Source of the DNA: Sandaracinaceae bacterium
GTDB lineage: Bacteria > Myxococcota_A > Polyangia > Polyangiales > Sandaracinaceae
Length of the DNA: 64,000 nt
Assembly: GCA_044376125.1 (NCBI GenBank)
Contig: JBILLJ010000019.1
Coordinates: 15,621-79,620, forward strand
Direction: 5' to 3'
The position numbers and the translations under genes were made by a program. Below the pieces are notes generated by a model. That model had not been told where the DNA came from. It saw only the letters and a program-made list of their open reading frames with translations, and did not search any database. Every line of letters starts with the position of its first letter. Position 1 is the first letter of the stretch. Positions 45,744 through 55,120 of the stretch are shown here, piece after piece.

Positions 45744-47015
45744 ATGCCCGACTTCGAGCATCCCCCCGACGACGCGAGGCGCGCGGCCGAGCTGGCCGCG
45801 CGTGCCTCGTATGGCCGCCTGCTGGCGATGCTCGCCGCCCGGACGCGCGACATCGCGGCCGCCGAGGACGCGCTCGCGGAGGCCTTCGCGAGCGCGCTAC
45901 GCACCTGGCCCGAGCGCGGCGTGCCCGACAAGCCGGAGGCCTGGCTGCTGACCGCCGCGCGGCGAACGCTCTCGCACGATGCGCGGCATCGACGCGTGGT
46001 GGACGCAGCCTCGGAGGCGGTGCTCTTGCGCCTCGACGAGCGCGCCGAGCTGGACGAGCACGCCATGGACGAGCGCCTCTCGCTCCTCTTCGTCTGCGCG
46101 CACCCGGCGATCGATCCGAACGTGCGCACACCGCTCATGCTCCAGACGGTGCTCGGTCTCGAGGCCGGGCACATCGCGAGCGCCTTCCTCGTCGCGCCGT
46201 CGACGATGGGCCAGCGTCTCGTGCGGGCCAAGCACCGCATCAAGGAGACCGGCCTTCGCTACGAGGTCCCTTCCGGCGACGAGCTGCCGGCGCGCCTCGA
46301 GGACGTGCTCCGCGCGGTCTACGTCGCGTACGGCGTCGGGTGGGACGACCTCGCAGGTGGTCGTGGCCTCACGGAAGAGGCGATCTTCCTCGGTCGGATG
46401 CTGGTGCGTCTCATGCCCGACGAGCCGGAGGCCCGAGGCCTCCTCTCGCTCATGCTCTACTGCGAGTCCCGTCGCGCGGCCCGACGCGACGCGGCCGGAC
46501 GCTTCGTCCCGCTGGCGCAGCAGGACGTGCGCGCGTGGTCCGTGCCCTTGATCGTCGAGGCCGAACGACACCTCACCGACGCGGCTGGCCACGGCCGCTT
46601 CGGACGCTTTCAGTGCGAGGCAGCGATCCAGTCCGTGCATTCCCAGCGAGCGATCACCGGAACGCTTCAGCATGCGGCGCTGCGCACGCTCTACGACCTG
46701 ATGCTCGCGCACGCGCCTTCGGTCGGCGTCGCGGTGAGTCGGGCCGCCGCGCTCCTCGAGGCCGGCGACGTGGACGAGGCGACGCGGTCGCTCGCGGCGC
46801 TACCGGACGACGACGTCGTGGCGTACCAACCCTACTGGGTCACGCGCGCGCGCAGCGCCGAGATGCGGGGCGACACGGACGATCTGCGACGCTCGCTCGT
46901 GCGAGCCCTCGGCCTGACCGACGACCCCGCGGTGCGGCGCTACCTCGAGGACCAGCTCGCGCGAAGCCCCGGACAGCCACCGCAGCGTGATGGCCATCGA
47001 GCCAGAAGGACGTGA
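45744..47015 (+). CDS. ECF-like sigma-70 family factor with long C-terminal extension (YciI-associated type)
   Basis: PEAWLLTAARR (region 2), MLQTVLGLEAGHIASAFLVAPSTMGQRLVRAK (region 4 HTH), about 220-aa helical C-terminal domain. Confidence 0.8.
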   Translation: MPDFEHPPDDARRAAELAARASYGRLLAMLAARTRDIAAAEDALAEAFASALRTWPERGVPDKPEAWLLTAARRTLSHDARHRRVVDAASEAVLLRLDERAELDEHAMDERLSLLFVCAHPAIDPNVRTPLMLQTVLGLEAGHIASAFLVAPSTMGQRLVRAKHRIKETGLRYEVPSGDELPARLEDVLRAVYVAYGVGWDDLAGGRGLTEEAIFLGRMLVRLMPDEPEARGLLSLMLYCESRRAARRDAAGRFVPLAQQDVRAWSVPLIVEAERHLTDAAGHGRFGRFQCEAAIQSVHSQRAITGTLQHAALRTLYDLMLAHAPSVGVAVSRAAALLEAGDVDEATRSLAALPDDDVVAYQPYWVTRARSAEMRGDTDDLRRSLVRALGLTDDPAVRRYLEDQLARSPGQPPQRDGHRARRT

Positions 47016-47018
47016 AGC

Positions 47019-47642
47019 ATGCAGAAGGTCGGCATCCTCCAGATCCTCGGAATCGTCGCGTTCTTCGGCTTTGCGCTCGCCGTGCACCTCTGGACGTCGG
47101 GCCCCAGCGTCAGCGGCTCGTTGCGCATCGACGGGGTCGAGCTCGGCGCGGAGCGCTGCAGCGGCTTCGCGGGCGGCGTGCAGATCTACCTCGAGGGCGA
47201 GGGCTACCACTCGGTCACGGGGGCCAGGACGCCGTGGCCGAGCGGTCGCTTGCTCCGGCACGCCGGCCGCCCCGGATCGGTCGACGTCCGAAGGTATCGC
47301 TGGAGCGCGTTCAGGCGACCCGTAAGCTCGCTCCGATGTATGCCCGCCGCGCCCAACGACCGGCCCTGCGATGGATCCCTCTCGGTCTCGTGCGGTGCGT
47401 GCTGGCGCTCGCCCTCGTGGCCCACGTCTCCTGTGCACGACGAGAGTCGACAGCCGCGCCTGCGGTTCGCGAGACCTCCGGGTCGACGGCCGCCGCCACC
47501 ACGGAGGCGAGCCCCGTCGAGGTCCCCCTGCCTCTGTGGAGCTCGGAGCAGCTCGAGCTCGAGGAGCGTGTCGATCCGTCCGAGCCCTTGCCCGACGCTC
47601 CGACCCCGTCGGCGGATCCCGCGGCCGCCGCTCTCGCCGTGA
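47019..47642 (+). CDS. possible small membrane protein; only the first roughly 70-90 codons look coding
   Basis: ATG 4 nt after the sigma stop. TM helix ILQILGIVAFFGFALAVHLW. The 3' part overlaps the next gene and turns Arg/Pro-rich, so the true end is unknown. Confidence 0.3.
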   Translation: MQKVGILQILGIVAFFGFALAVHLWTSGPSVSGSLRIDGVELGAERCSGFAGGVQIYLEGEGYHSVTGARTPWPSGRLLRHAGRPGSVDVRRYRWSAFRRPVSSLRCMPAAPNDRPCDGSLSVSCGACWRSPSWPTSPVHDESRQPRLRFARPPGRRPPPPRRRAPSRSPCLCGARSSSSSRSVSIRPSPCPTLRPRRRIPRPPLSP

Positions 47643-48349
47643 TCGTGGAGCGCAGCGCAGGCTGCTACCAGCCCACTGCCATCGATCGACCCCTCCATCT
47701 CGCGCCCGCCGACTGTGAGTCGCTCTTCTCCCAGCTCGAAGCCGGCGGCGATGCGGCCTCTTCTGCGGTTGGAGAGTACCTGGCCCAGAACGCCGAGCGC
47801 CTCCAGCGTGACGTGGTCCTCAGACTCTCCTTCGTGCTCGCGGCGAATCCGCGGTCGGGTGTCGCGTTCCTCGTTCGGCGGCTCCACCAACTCGCGGCCC
47901 ACGACGAGGTCGCCGCGCGCAACGGCGTTCTGCTGAGGACCACTCCGAACGAGCTTCTGGTGCGCTCGCGCGTCGTCTCGATGTTCGAGCTGGCGACGGG
48001 GTACCCGGTCGAGTTCTACGCGGGCGAGACGACGCGAGACGAGGACGTCGCGCACGATCGCGTCGTGGCCGTTCGCGCCCTGCGCTTCTGGCATCGACAT
48101 GCGTCCGACCCTGCGAGCTGGCCGCGTCTCGGTGAGCAGCGGGTGCGCTCCTGGCTCGCCGCGGACGAGTCGCGGATGGTGAGCGCGGCACGGCTGGTCC
48201 GGGATCGCCCCGCGTACGGCCCGATGGTGCCTCTGGTGCGCGACACGCTGCGTCGGGTGGCGCTGCACAACCGGGAGGCCCAAGTGATCCTCGAGGATCT
48301 GGACCGGCTCGACGACGCGCGTGAGAGCTCCGACAGCGGCGACTTCTGA
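47336..48349 (+). CDS. hypothetical secreted/lipoprotein
   Basis: ATG at 47336. Signal-like WIPLGLVRCVLALALVAHVSC. Helical remainder. No family recognised. Confidence 0.65.
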   Translation: MYARRAQRPALRWIPLGLVRCVLALALVAHVSCARRESTAAPAVRETSGSTAAATTEASPVEVPLPLWSSEQLELEERVDPSEPLPDAPTPSADPAAAALAVIVERSAGCYQPTAIDRPLHLAPADCESLFSQLEAGGDAASSAVGEYLAQNAERLQRDVVLRLSFVLAANPRSGVAFLVRRLHQLAAHDEVAARNGVLLRTTPNELLVRSRVVSMFELATGYPVEFYAGETTRDEDVAHDRVVAVRALRFWHRHASDPASWPRLGEQRVRSWLAADESRMVSAARLVRDRPAYGPMVPLVRDTLRRVALHNREAQVILEDLDRLDDARESSDSGDF

Positions 48350-48505
48350 TCCTCGACGACGCATCTCCGTCGGTGGAACAGGGGAGTCTCACGTCCCCAT
48401 CCGAGTCCGGGGCACCGCGCGTGCACGCGATCGCCCCACCACCTCGAGGTGGTCTCGCGCCCGCGGGTCCGCGCGGAGGTGGCGCGTGTGGGGCATGCTC
48501 GCGCG

Positions 48506-49063
48506 ATGCGCGTTCCCCTCGAGCTGAAGAAGAGCTGGCGTCTGTTCAACCACGGGCCGGTCGCGCTCGTGTCGGCTGCCGCTGGTGGCGCCTCGAACGT
48601 GATGGCCGCTGCGTGGGTCACGCCGCTCGACTTCGATCCGCCCAAGCTCACCGTCGTGCTCGCGGCCGACACGTACACGCGCGAGCTCGCGGTGCGCTCG
48701 GGCGCGCTCGTGCTCCAGGTGCCCACGGTCTCGATGCTCTCGATCGTCGAGGGCGTCGGCACCACGAGCGGCCGCGACGTCGACAAGTGGTCGCGCTTCG
48801 CGATCGAGCGCGAGGACGAGCCCTCCGCGCCCGCGCCGCTCGTGCGCGGCTGCGTCGGGTGGATGGTCGCGCGCCTCCTCGAGGAGCCCCACCTCGCGTC
48901 CGCCTACGATCTCTTCGTCGTCGAGGGCACCGCCGCGTGGGCCGACGATCGCGTCTACCGAGACGGTCGCCTCCGCGACGACGTCCCACCCGAGCTGCGC
49001 ACGCTGCACCACGTCGCCGGCGGCACCTACGTCGTCGACGGCGAGGTCGTCCGAGCCCGCTGA
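48506..49063 (+). CDS. flavin reductase-like FMN-binding split-barrel protein
   Basis: NHGPVALVSA...NVMAAAWVTPLDFDPPKLTVVL is typical of Flavin_Reduct. Confidence 0.85.
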   Translation: MRVPLELKKSWRLFNHGPVALVSAAAGGASNVMAAAWVTPLDFDPPKLTVVLAADTYTRELAVRSGALVLQVPTVSMLSIVEGVGTTSGRDVDKWSRFAIEREDEPSAPAPLVRGCVGWMVARLLEEPHLASAYDLFVVEGTAAWADDRVYRDGRLRDDVPPELRTLHHVAGGTYVVDGEVVRAR

Positions 49064-49169
49064 GGACACGCTCCGTGCACACACCGAGCGGGCACCCTGT
49101 CGGAGAGTCCGCCTCACAGGATGCCCGCGAGACGCTCGCGGAACGCTCGCGATCCGGCCGCCGCACCGC

Positions 49170-50261
49170 TCAGCGGGGCTCGAGGCGGACCCAGGTCACG
49201 CTGTCGGACTCGGCCTCTCGGCTCGAGTCGAGCACGACGGTCACGGTGCCGCCGAGGCGCCGATCGCCGAAGAGCACCTCGAAGTACTCGCCGCTCGCGT
49301 CCACTTGATCGATGCGCATCTCCTCGCCGTTCACGACGAACAGCGCGCCGCGCGGGTTGCGGTTCGCGCTCGATCGGAAGCGCACGTAGACGCCGTAGGT
49401 CGAGGGGATCACGTCGGGGAACGTGAAGGTCGCGGTGCCACGCTCGCCGCTGCCTGCGCGGTAGAGCCCGTCGCAGTCGGTGCTCTCGTGCTCGGCGCCG
49501 CTGGCGGTGAACGCGTAGTCGCGGATCGCCACCCAGCGCGGGTGGCCCGGCGGACAAGGCACGACCCACGTCGCGCGGTTGGTGTAGGTGGCCTCGTGGA
49601 AGTGCAGCTGCCGGCGCACCGCCGTGGGATCGGGCGGCGGGTCCGAGGGCATGCACTCGCTCACGCGCGCCGAGAGCTCGAGCGACACGAGCGAGACGCG
49701 GAAGAAGCTGCGGTCGAGCGGACCGGGCCCGAGCTCGATCGTGTTGTCGCCGGCGATCGTCTGCCCCGTGACGTCGACCGTGACGACCGACTCGACGTTG
49801 TCCCACGCGAGCATCGCGGGGATGTCGAGCGGCGCACCACCGTTCACGCGGATCACGCCCTCCTCGCCCGGATGATCGGCATCGAAGATCGAGAAGCGCA
49901 GCGTGGCGGACGCGACGAGCGATGGATCCGGCAGGCCCGAGACGGTGAAGCGCAGCCGCTCGGCCGAGGTCGGCCCCACGTCGAGCTCGAGCGGCGCGCC
50001 CGCGTAGCTGCTCGATCGAAAGCTGCACGCCCTCGCTGGCGGGCTGGACGCGTCCGTGCCCGGATCGACGAAGGCATCCTCGCTCGCCCCCGCGTCCTCG
50101 CCCACACCCGCGTCGTCAGCCGCACCCGCGTCGCTCGCGCCGCTCGCGTCGAGCCCCGCCGCGTCCCGCACCACGCCCGCGTCGCTGCGATCGCCGATCA
50201 CCGTCGGCTCGCAACCGAAGACCACGATCGAGATCAGCGCCAGGACCCGCGACGCACGCAT
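49170..50261 (-). CDS. hypothetical lipoprotein with Asp/Ala/Gly linker
   Basis: Start trimmed to MRASRVLALISIVVFGC (lipobox). DAGVVRDAAGLDASGASDAGAADDAGVGEDAGASEDA linker, then a beta-rich domain. Confidence 0.7.
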   Translation of the reverse strand: MRASRVLALISIVVFGCEPTVIGDRSDAGVVRDAAGLDASGASDAGAADDAGVGEDAGASEDAFVDPGTDASSPPARACSFRSSSYAGAPLELDVGPTSAERLRFTVSGLPDPSLVASATLRFSIFDADHPGEEGVIRVNGGAPLDIPAMLAWDNVESVVTVDVTGQTIAGDNTIELGPGPLDRSFFRVSLVSLELSARVSECMPSDPPPDPTAVRRQLHFHEATYTNRATWVVPCPPGHPRWVAIRDYAFTASGAEHESTDCDGLYRAGSGERGTATFTFPDVIPSTYGVYVRFRSSANRNPRGALFVVNGEEMRIDQVDASGEYFEVLFGDRRLGGTVTVVLDSSREAESDSVTWVRLEPR

Positions 50262-50320
50262 GCCCACGAGCTTGCCAGAGATCGGAGCGTCGGGGGCGTC
50301 GCGACGCTCTCCGCGTCCGC

Positions 50321-51628
50321 TCAACGACCGCACGACGTGCAGGGATCGATGCGGAGCACGAGCGGCGCGTCGCCGCTCGGCGTGACGGCGAGGCCCACGC
50401 CGACACCGACGCCGATCGCCACGGCGCCGATGCCCGCCCAGAGCCACCACTCCTCGAGCAGCGAGTGCGGTGGTGGCGGCGGCGTGATGGGTGCTTCGTC
50501 GATCCACGCGAGCGCCTCGGCGAGCGGGGCGTCGTCGTCGGAGGCCCCGATCTCCGCGGCCGCGTCGAGCGTCAGCACGCTCGCGTCGTCGACGCGGCGC
50601 GGCGCATCGCACGCGCCGGGGCCGCATCGCACGATGACGCTGCGATCGAGCGCGCCGGTACCCACGTGCACGAGCCACACGCCGCGCGCCACGCCGCCAT
50701 CCGCGACGACCTGCGCGAGCGCCGCGGCCACGTCCTCGGGCGAGCCCTCGAGCACGGCACGATCGAGCGCCTGAGCATCGCGCGTGGGCGCGCTCGGTGC
50801 GAGGTCCACGATCATCGGGGCGCGCGAGCCCGGAGCGAGATCGACGAGGCGGGCGTACGGGCGGTGCCCGCGCGCCTCCACACGAAGCACGTGGAGCCCC
50901 GCGGGCAGCTCGAGCTCGCGCGGCAGCGCTCCGATCGGGCGATCGTCCACGAACACCTGCGCGGCCGCGTGCTCGCTCGCCGCCGTGCCGAGCACGCGCA
51001 CCTCGATGCGCGCGCGGCGCACCTCTTCGCGCATGAGCGCGATCGATCGCGCGACCAGCTCGGGGGGTGCCTCGCCTTCCTGGAGCGCGCGGTCGGGCGC
51101 GAGCGCGAGCGCGCGGCGCAGCGAGGCCTCCGCGAGCGCCTGGTCGCCTCGTTGGGCCGCGACGATCGCCGTGACCACCTCGACCTCCGCGAGCCACGCC
51201 GCGGCTCCGGGCACGTCGAGGAGATCGCGGGCGCGCCGCGAGGCCGCCGAGAGCGCGCGCAACGCTTCGGCCTCCTCGAGCGCGACCTGCGCACGACGCG
51301 CGACGCCGAGCGCGGCCTCGATCTCCTCGAGCTCGATGAGCCGGCGCTCCTCGATGCCCGCGCGATCCCAGTCGATCGCCTCGGGCACGACCACGCTCGC
51401 GCCCGAGCGACGCAGCGCGCGCGTCACGCGACGCGCCCAGAGCTCCGCGCGCCCCGGGAATTCGGGCGATCCTGCGACGCGCACGATCTGCTCGTCGGGT
51501 GCCTCGACGATCGCGGGCACGCGTTCGCCGTCGCTCGCCTCTTCCGCGGGCGGAGGCTCGTCCTGCGCCCACGCCGTCGCGGTCGGGACGAGCCCGATGA
51601 TCACGGCGAGGAGAAGCGAACGCGGCAT
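50321..51628 (-). CDS. secreted protein with PEGA-like domain and C-terminal TM anchor
   Basis: Signal peptide MPRSLLLAVIIGLVPTATAWA. VFVDDRPIGALPRELELPAGLHVLRVEARGHRPY (PEGA-like). TM helix WWLWAGIGAVAIGVGVGVGLAV. Confidence 0.7.
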   Translation of the reverse strand: MPRSLLLAVIIGLVPTATAWAQDEPPPAEEASDGERVPAIVEAPDEQIVRVAGSPEFPGRAELWARRVTRALRRSGASVVVPEAIDWDRAGIEERRLIELEEIEAALGVARRAQVALEEAEALRALSAASRRARDLLDVPGAAAWLAEVEVVTAIVAAQRGDQALAEASLRRALALAPDRALQEGEAPPELVARSIALMREEVRRARIEVRVLGTAASEHAAAQVFVDDRPIGALPRELELPAGLHVLRVEARGHRPYARLVDLAPGSRAPMIVDLAPSAPTRDAQALDRAVLEGSPEDVAAALAQVVADGGVARGVWLVHVGTGALDRSVIVRCGPGACDAPRRVDDASVLTLDAAAEIGASDDDAPLAEALAWIDEAPITPPPPPHSLLEEWWLWAGIGAVAIGVGVGVGLAVTPSGDAPLVLRIDPCTSCGR

Positions 51629-51695
51629 CCGCGGGCACGGTAGCCAAGCCCGCGCTGCGCACGCAACGTTCGTGGCCCCGCGCTCGAGCGCGCGA

Positions 51696-52535
51696 TCAGT
51701 CGCAGGTGAGCGTGTTCGCTCCCCACCGATGGTCGTCGGGCGTGCTCAGCCCGAACCCGAGCCGCGTCTCGAACGCGAACGGCGCCCCTCGGAACACGAC
51801 GAAGCCGTCGGAGGGCAGACAGTCCCCGGGGACGAAGCTCGCTTGGCCGCCGAGCTCGGCCGTACCGGCGGCGCCCGACCACGATCCCTGGAGCACGAGA
51901 GAGACACCCTCGTCGTGGAGCGGCGTGAAGGTCGTGAACGACACGCTGCCCGTGAAGGTCAGCGTCGTGGTGCCCTCGACGTCCGGGTACTGCACCGCGC
52001 CACCCACACCACGCGAGCTCATCGACGGCGGCTCGGTCGCACGAAGCGTGATGTGACCGTCGAACGCCGTGTCGCGGATCACCAGGTCACCGAGCGCGAT
52101 CACGAGCGCACCGTCGACGACCTCGAGGCCGACGGCCCCGCTCACGCGTCGTGCACTGATCCCGAGCCGGCAGAGGTCCAGCCGGACCGTGGCTCGACCG
52201 CCCTCCCACATCGTGCTTGCACAGGCCGGGTCTGCGACGAAGCGCGCGCTCGCGACACCCCGCTCGATCACCGCGCGCTGGTCGGCCGACGTCGGCGCAG
52301 ACAGCTGCGCGTGCTCGTCCAGAGCCCCGCCGAATCCCCAGTCGAGGCTCGCGATCAACGCGAGCGTGTCGACGAAACGATCGAGCGTCTCGTCCGCGAC
52401 CGGAACGTAGACGGGCGGCGAGGTGTCGATCCACGAGCCGTCCAGGGCTCCGCGCTCGGGATCGCCGCGATCGCAGCCGCCGAGCCAGCCCAGCACCAGG
52501 GCAGCGACGAAGCTCCTTCCACGCGATCTTCGCAT
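51696..52535 (-). CDS. hypothetical lipoprotein
   Basis: MRRSRGRSFVAALVLGWLGGC lipobox. Beta-rich remainder. Confidence 0.7.
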   Translation of the reverse strand: MRRSRGRSFVAALVLGWLGGCDRGDPERGALDGSWIDTSPPVYVPVADETLDRFVDTLALIASLDWGFGGALDEHAQLSAPTSADQRAVIERGVASARFVADPACASTMWEGGRATVRLDLCRLGISARRVSGAVGLEVVDGALVIALGDLVIRDTAFDGHITLRATEPPSMSSRGVGGAVQYPDVEGTTTLTFTGSVSFTTFTPLHDEGVSLVLQGSWSGAAGTAELGGQASFVPGDCLPSDGFVVFRGAPFAFETRLGFGLSTPDDHRWGANTLTCD

Positions 52536-52794
52536 AGGCTCCAAGGTACCTCGATCCGGCATCGTGAAGTCACTTCGCGGCCATCGCGACGAGCTTCCGG
52601 GCCGACCGATCGCGGCGCTGAAGACCACCGGCGCGACGCTCGCCGTCCACGCGATCGGCGGGTCCCCGACATCTACTTCGTCGGTCGAGAGGAGATCGGC
52701 CCAACGCGCGCTGCGCAACGTTCGTGGCCCCCTCGTCTCGTGGCGTACCCGTCGCGCGTCGCGCGTCGTGCTCGCGCACCCGTACAATCGCTCC

Positions 52795-54087
52795 GTGGAA
52801 CACCTACGAGCGAAGCTCGACGAGATCCGCCGCGCGAAGCGAGCCTGCTTCGGCTCCGAGAAGCACCGCTTCGAGCTCGAGCCTCCGCTCGACGAGAAGA
52901 CGGTCCTGGCCTTCGAGAAGCGCCGCAAGCTGACGCTCCCGGAGGACTTCCGACGGTTCTTGCTCACCGTCGGTGCGGCGGGGGCCGGACCGTTCTACGG
53001 CCTCTTGCCGATGAAGGATTGGCGGGTGGGCGTGCGCGGCAAGAAGCAGGGCGTCGTCACGCTCACGCTCGTCGATCAGGGCTGCAACAACTGGGGCCTC
53101 CTCGTGCTCGAAGGCCCCACGCGCGGCCGCGTCGTGTACCTGAGCGACCTCGGAGCGCTCTACTACCCCGACAATCCGAGCTTCGTGTCCTGGTACGAGC
53201 GATGGCTCGACGAGACGCTCTGGGGCTACGACTACGTCTGGTTCGGAACGGGGATGTCGGGTCGCGAGGCCGACTTCCTCCGCGCGACGAAGAGCCACGA
53301 CGCGGCAGTGCGAAACGAAGGAACGCTGGCGCTCGCCCGCCTCCCCAGCCCATCCGCCGAGGCACGCGCGGCCATGCTCGGCGCGCTCGGAGATGCCGAC
53401 GCGCAGGTCCGCGCGACCGCTGTCATCGTGTTGAACGCGCGCGACAGAGCGGCCCTCGCAGCGCGTCTGCCGGAGCTGCTCCGCGATCCGGATCGCCGCG
53501 TCGTCCTGGAGGCGCTGCGCTCGCTCCCGGACACGCCGCATCGAGCGCTCGCTGCGCCCCTCGTGGGATCGGACGACGCGGAGATCGTGAGGTCTGCGAT
53601 CCACTTCGGAGAGATCCCCGAGCGAGACCTCGCGCGTCAGCTCGACGGTCCCGCCTGGGAGAGCGCGACGACGGCGCTCCGCACGCGCGGCGATGGCTCG
53701 GCGACGCCGCAGCTCATCGCGATGATCGAGGACGAAGACGTCCAGCGCAGGCGCGCTGCGGTGGTGTGTCTGCGCATGCGCAAGGAGCCGTCGGCAGCGG
53801 CGGCGCTCCTGGCCCGGTTCGCGCGCGAGACCGATGCGCAGATGCGGATGCACCTCGTGGAGGCGATCGGCGCGTCGGGAGACCTCGAGGTCCTCCTCGG
53901 CTTCGCGCGACACGAGGACCCACGCGTGCGCTTCCGTGCCGCGTACGCGCTGCGCGAGCACCACGTCCCGCGCGCCATCGAGATGCTCCGCACGCTCACG
54001 AGCGACGAGACCAGGCCCGCCGGCGCGGCATGGACCATCGCGGAGCAGGCGCGGAAGTCGCTCGCTGCGCTGGGCGAGTCGTCGTGA
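52795..54087 (+). CDS. SMI1/KNR4 (SUKH-1) domain protein fused to HEAT-like repeats
   Basis: VLAFEKRRKLTLPEDFRRFLLTVGAAGAGPFYGL (SUKH signature). C-terminal repeats DAQVRATAV.., DPDRRVVLEAL.., DPRVRFRAAYAL... GTG start at 52795 is inferred. Confidence 0.75.
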   Translation: MEHLRAKLDEIRRAKRACFGSEKHRFELEPPLDEKTVLAFEKRRKLTLPEDFRRFLLTVGAAGAGPFYGLLPMKDWRVGVRGKKQGVVTLTLVDQGCNNWGLLVLEGPTRGRVVYLSDLGALYYPDNPSFVSWYERWLDETLWGYDYVWFGTGMSGREADFLRATKSHDAAVRNEGTLALARLPSPSAEARAAMLGALGDADAQVRATAVIVLNARDRAALAARLPELLRDPDRRVVLEALRSLPDTPHRALAAPLVGSDDAEIVRSAIHFGEIPERDLARQLDGPAWESATTALRTRGDGSATPQLIAMIEDEDVQRRRAAVVCLRMRKEPSAAAALLARFARETDAQMRMHLVEAIGASGDLEVLLGFARHEDPRVRFRAAYALREHHVPRAIEMLRTLTSDETRPAGAAWTIAEQARKSLAALGESS

Positions 54088-54248
54088 CGCGGGTTCGCGA
54101 CTGCGGGCCTCGCGCCCGCGCCGATCGCCGAGGCCATCGCGCTCCGCACGATCGAAGGCGAGACCAACCCACCCGAGCTCTGCGACACCCAGGCTCGTCG
54201 CCGGGTTGAGGTCTCGGCGCGGATCGACGACCGTGCCGGCGCGAACGA

Positions 54249-54929
54249 TCAGCGTGGCCGTTTCGCGGCCGCGCGTGCCCGCTTCGGTGCCTTCTCGCGC
54301 GACGGCGTCGCGGCGTTCGAGCGCGCCTTCGAGCGCTTCGCGGCGTTCTGGCTGGCCGTTCCCTCGTCCCTCGTGCCCGCTTTCGTCGCCTTCGGGCTCG
54401 GGGCGCCTCGCGGCTCGTACACGTAGGTCCGCCACACTCGCTCGACCCGACCGTACGCGGTGGGCTCGAAGCTCTCGACGACCTGGCAAGGCGGCTCGCC
54501 CTCGCCCTGCATCCAGGTGCAGTGCCCGCTGTCCTTTGCCTCTCGGACGAGCGCGAGGCCGCGGGCCTTCGCGATCGCAGCACCGACCCTTCCGTCGTGC
54601 ACCACGGGAGCGCCCCGTCGCTCACGCTCGAGCGCGAGCTGCTCCATCCGCTGCGCCAGCGAGTCCGCCGCGTAGAAGGAGACACCGAGCTCGTCGACCT
54701 CGATGACTTTGCCCTCCACGTCGACGAGCCAGCTGACGAAATCGAATCCCCCCACGATGGCGTAGGTCGTTCCGCCGCGCGTCACCTGCCTCGGTGAGCG
54801 GTTGAAGGTCACCGTCCGGCCGTCCCCGTACGGCTCGTCCTCCGTGACGAACGCCTGCGCCCGCGCCGAGAGCTTCCCCAAGAGCATCGGCGGGATGCCC
54901 TGGAAGAAGTGCTTCGACTTCGGGCGCAC
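54249..54929 (-). CDS. hypothetical protein, possibly SUKH-like, with Lys/Arg/Ala-rich basic tail
   Basis: Protein-like composition. YAIVGGFDFVSWLVDVEGKVIEVDELGVSFYAADSLAQRMEQL resembles the C-terminal half of SUKH folds (weak). Tail KATKAGT...KAPKRARAAAKRPR. Confidence 0.6.
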   Translation of the reverse strand: MRPKSKHFFQGIPPMLLGKLSARAQAFVTEDEPYGDGRTVTFNRSPRQVTRGGTTYAIVGGFDFVSWLVDVEGKVIEVDELGVSFYAADSLAQRMEQLALERERRGAPVVHDGRVGAAIAKARGLALVREAKDSGHCTWMQGEGEPPCQVVESFEPTAYGRVERVWRTYVYEPRGAPSPKATKAGTRDEGTASQNAAKRSKARSNAATPSREKAPKRARAAAKRPR

Positions 54930-55120
54930 GGCTCAGTTCCTCTCTGCGACGCAGCGCTGCTGCCGACTCCTACGCGACCTCGACGACCGTGATGGACGTG
55001 ACCCGCGCGCGCAAGCCCTGGAGACGTCCCGCGACTCGTTCCGTCGTCGAGGGTCAGCGTGTAGGCCTCGCGCAGCGCGGCGGAAGCGGGCCGATGATCG
55101 CGATGCGCGCTCACCCGCAG

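Noticed and set aside
52782-52797. TACAAT hexamer 7 nt upstream of the inferred GTG start of the SUKH-HEAT gene, suggesting a leaderless mRNA
   Set aside because: It is a single hexamer match, and the start codon itself is only inferred. There is no supporting -35 element.
50784-54209. 1141-aa plus-strand ORF, plus similar long ORFs at 2840-4927(-), 28849-31776(-), 32213-34711(-), 1183-3135(-) and the upstream part of 21702-24632(-)
   Set aside because: Their compositions are dominated by R/A/P/G and they overlap motif-bearing genes in other frames. Only the motif-bearing frames were kept.
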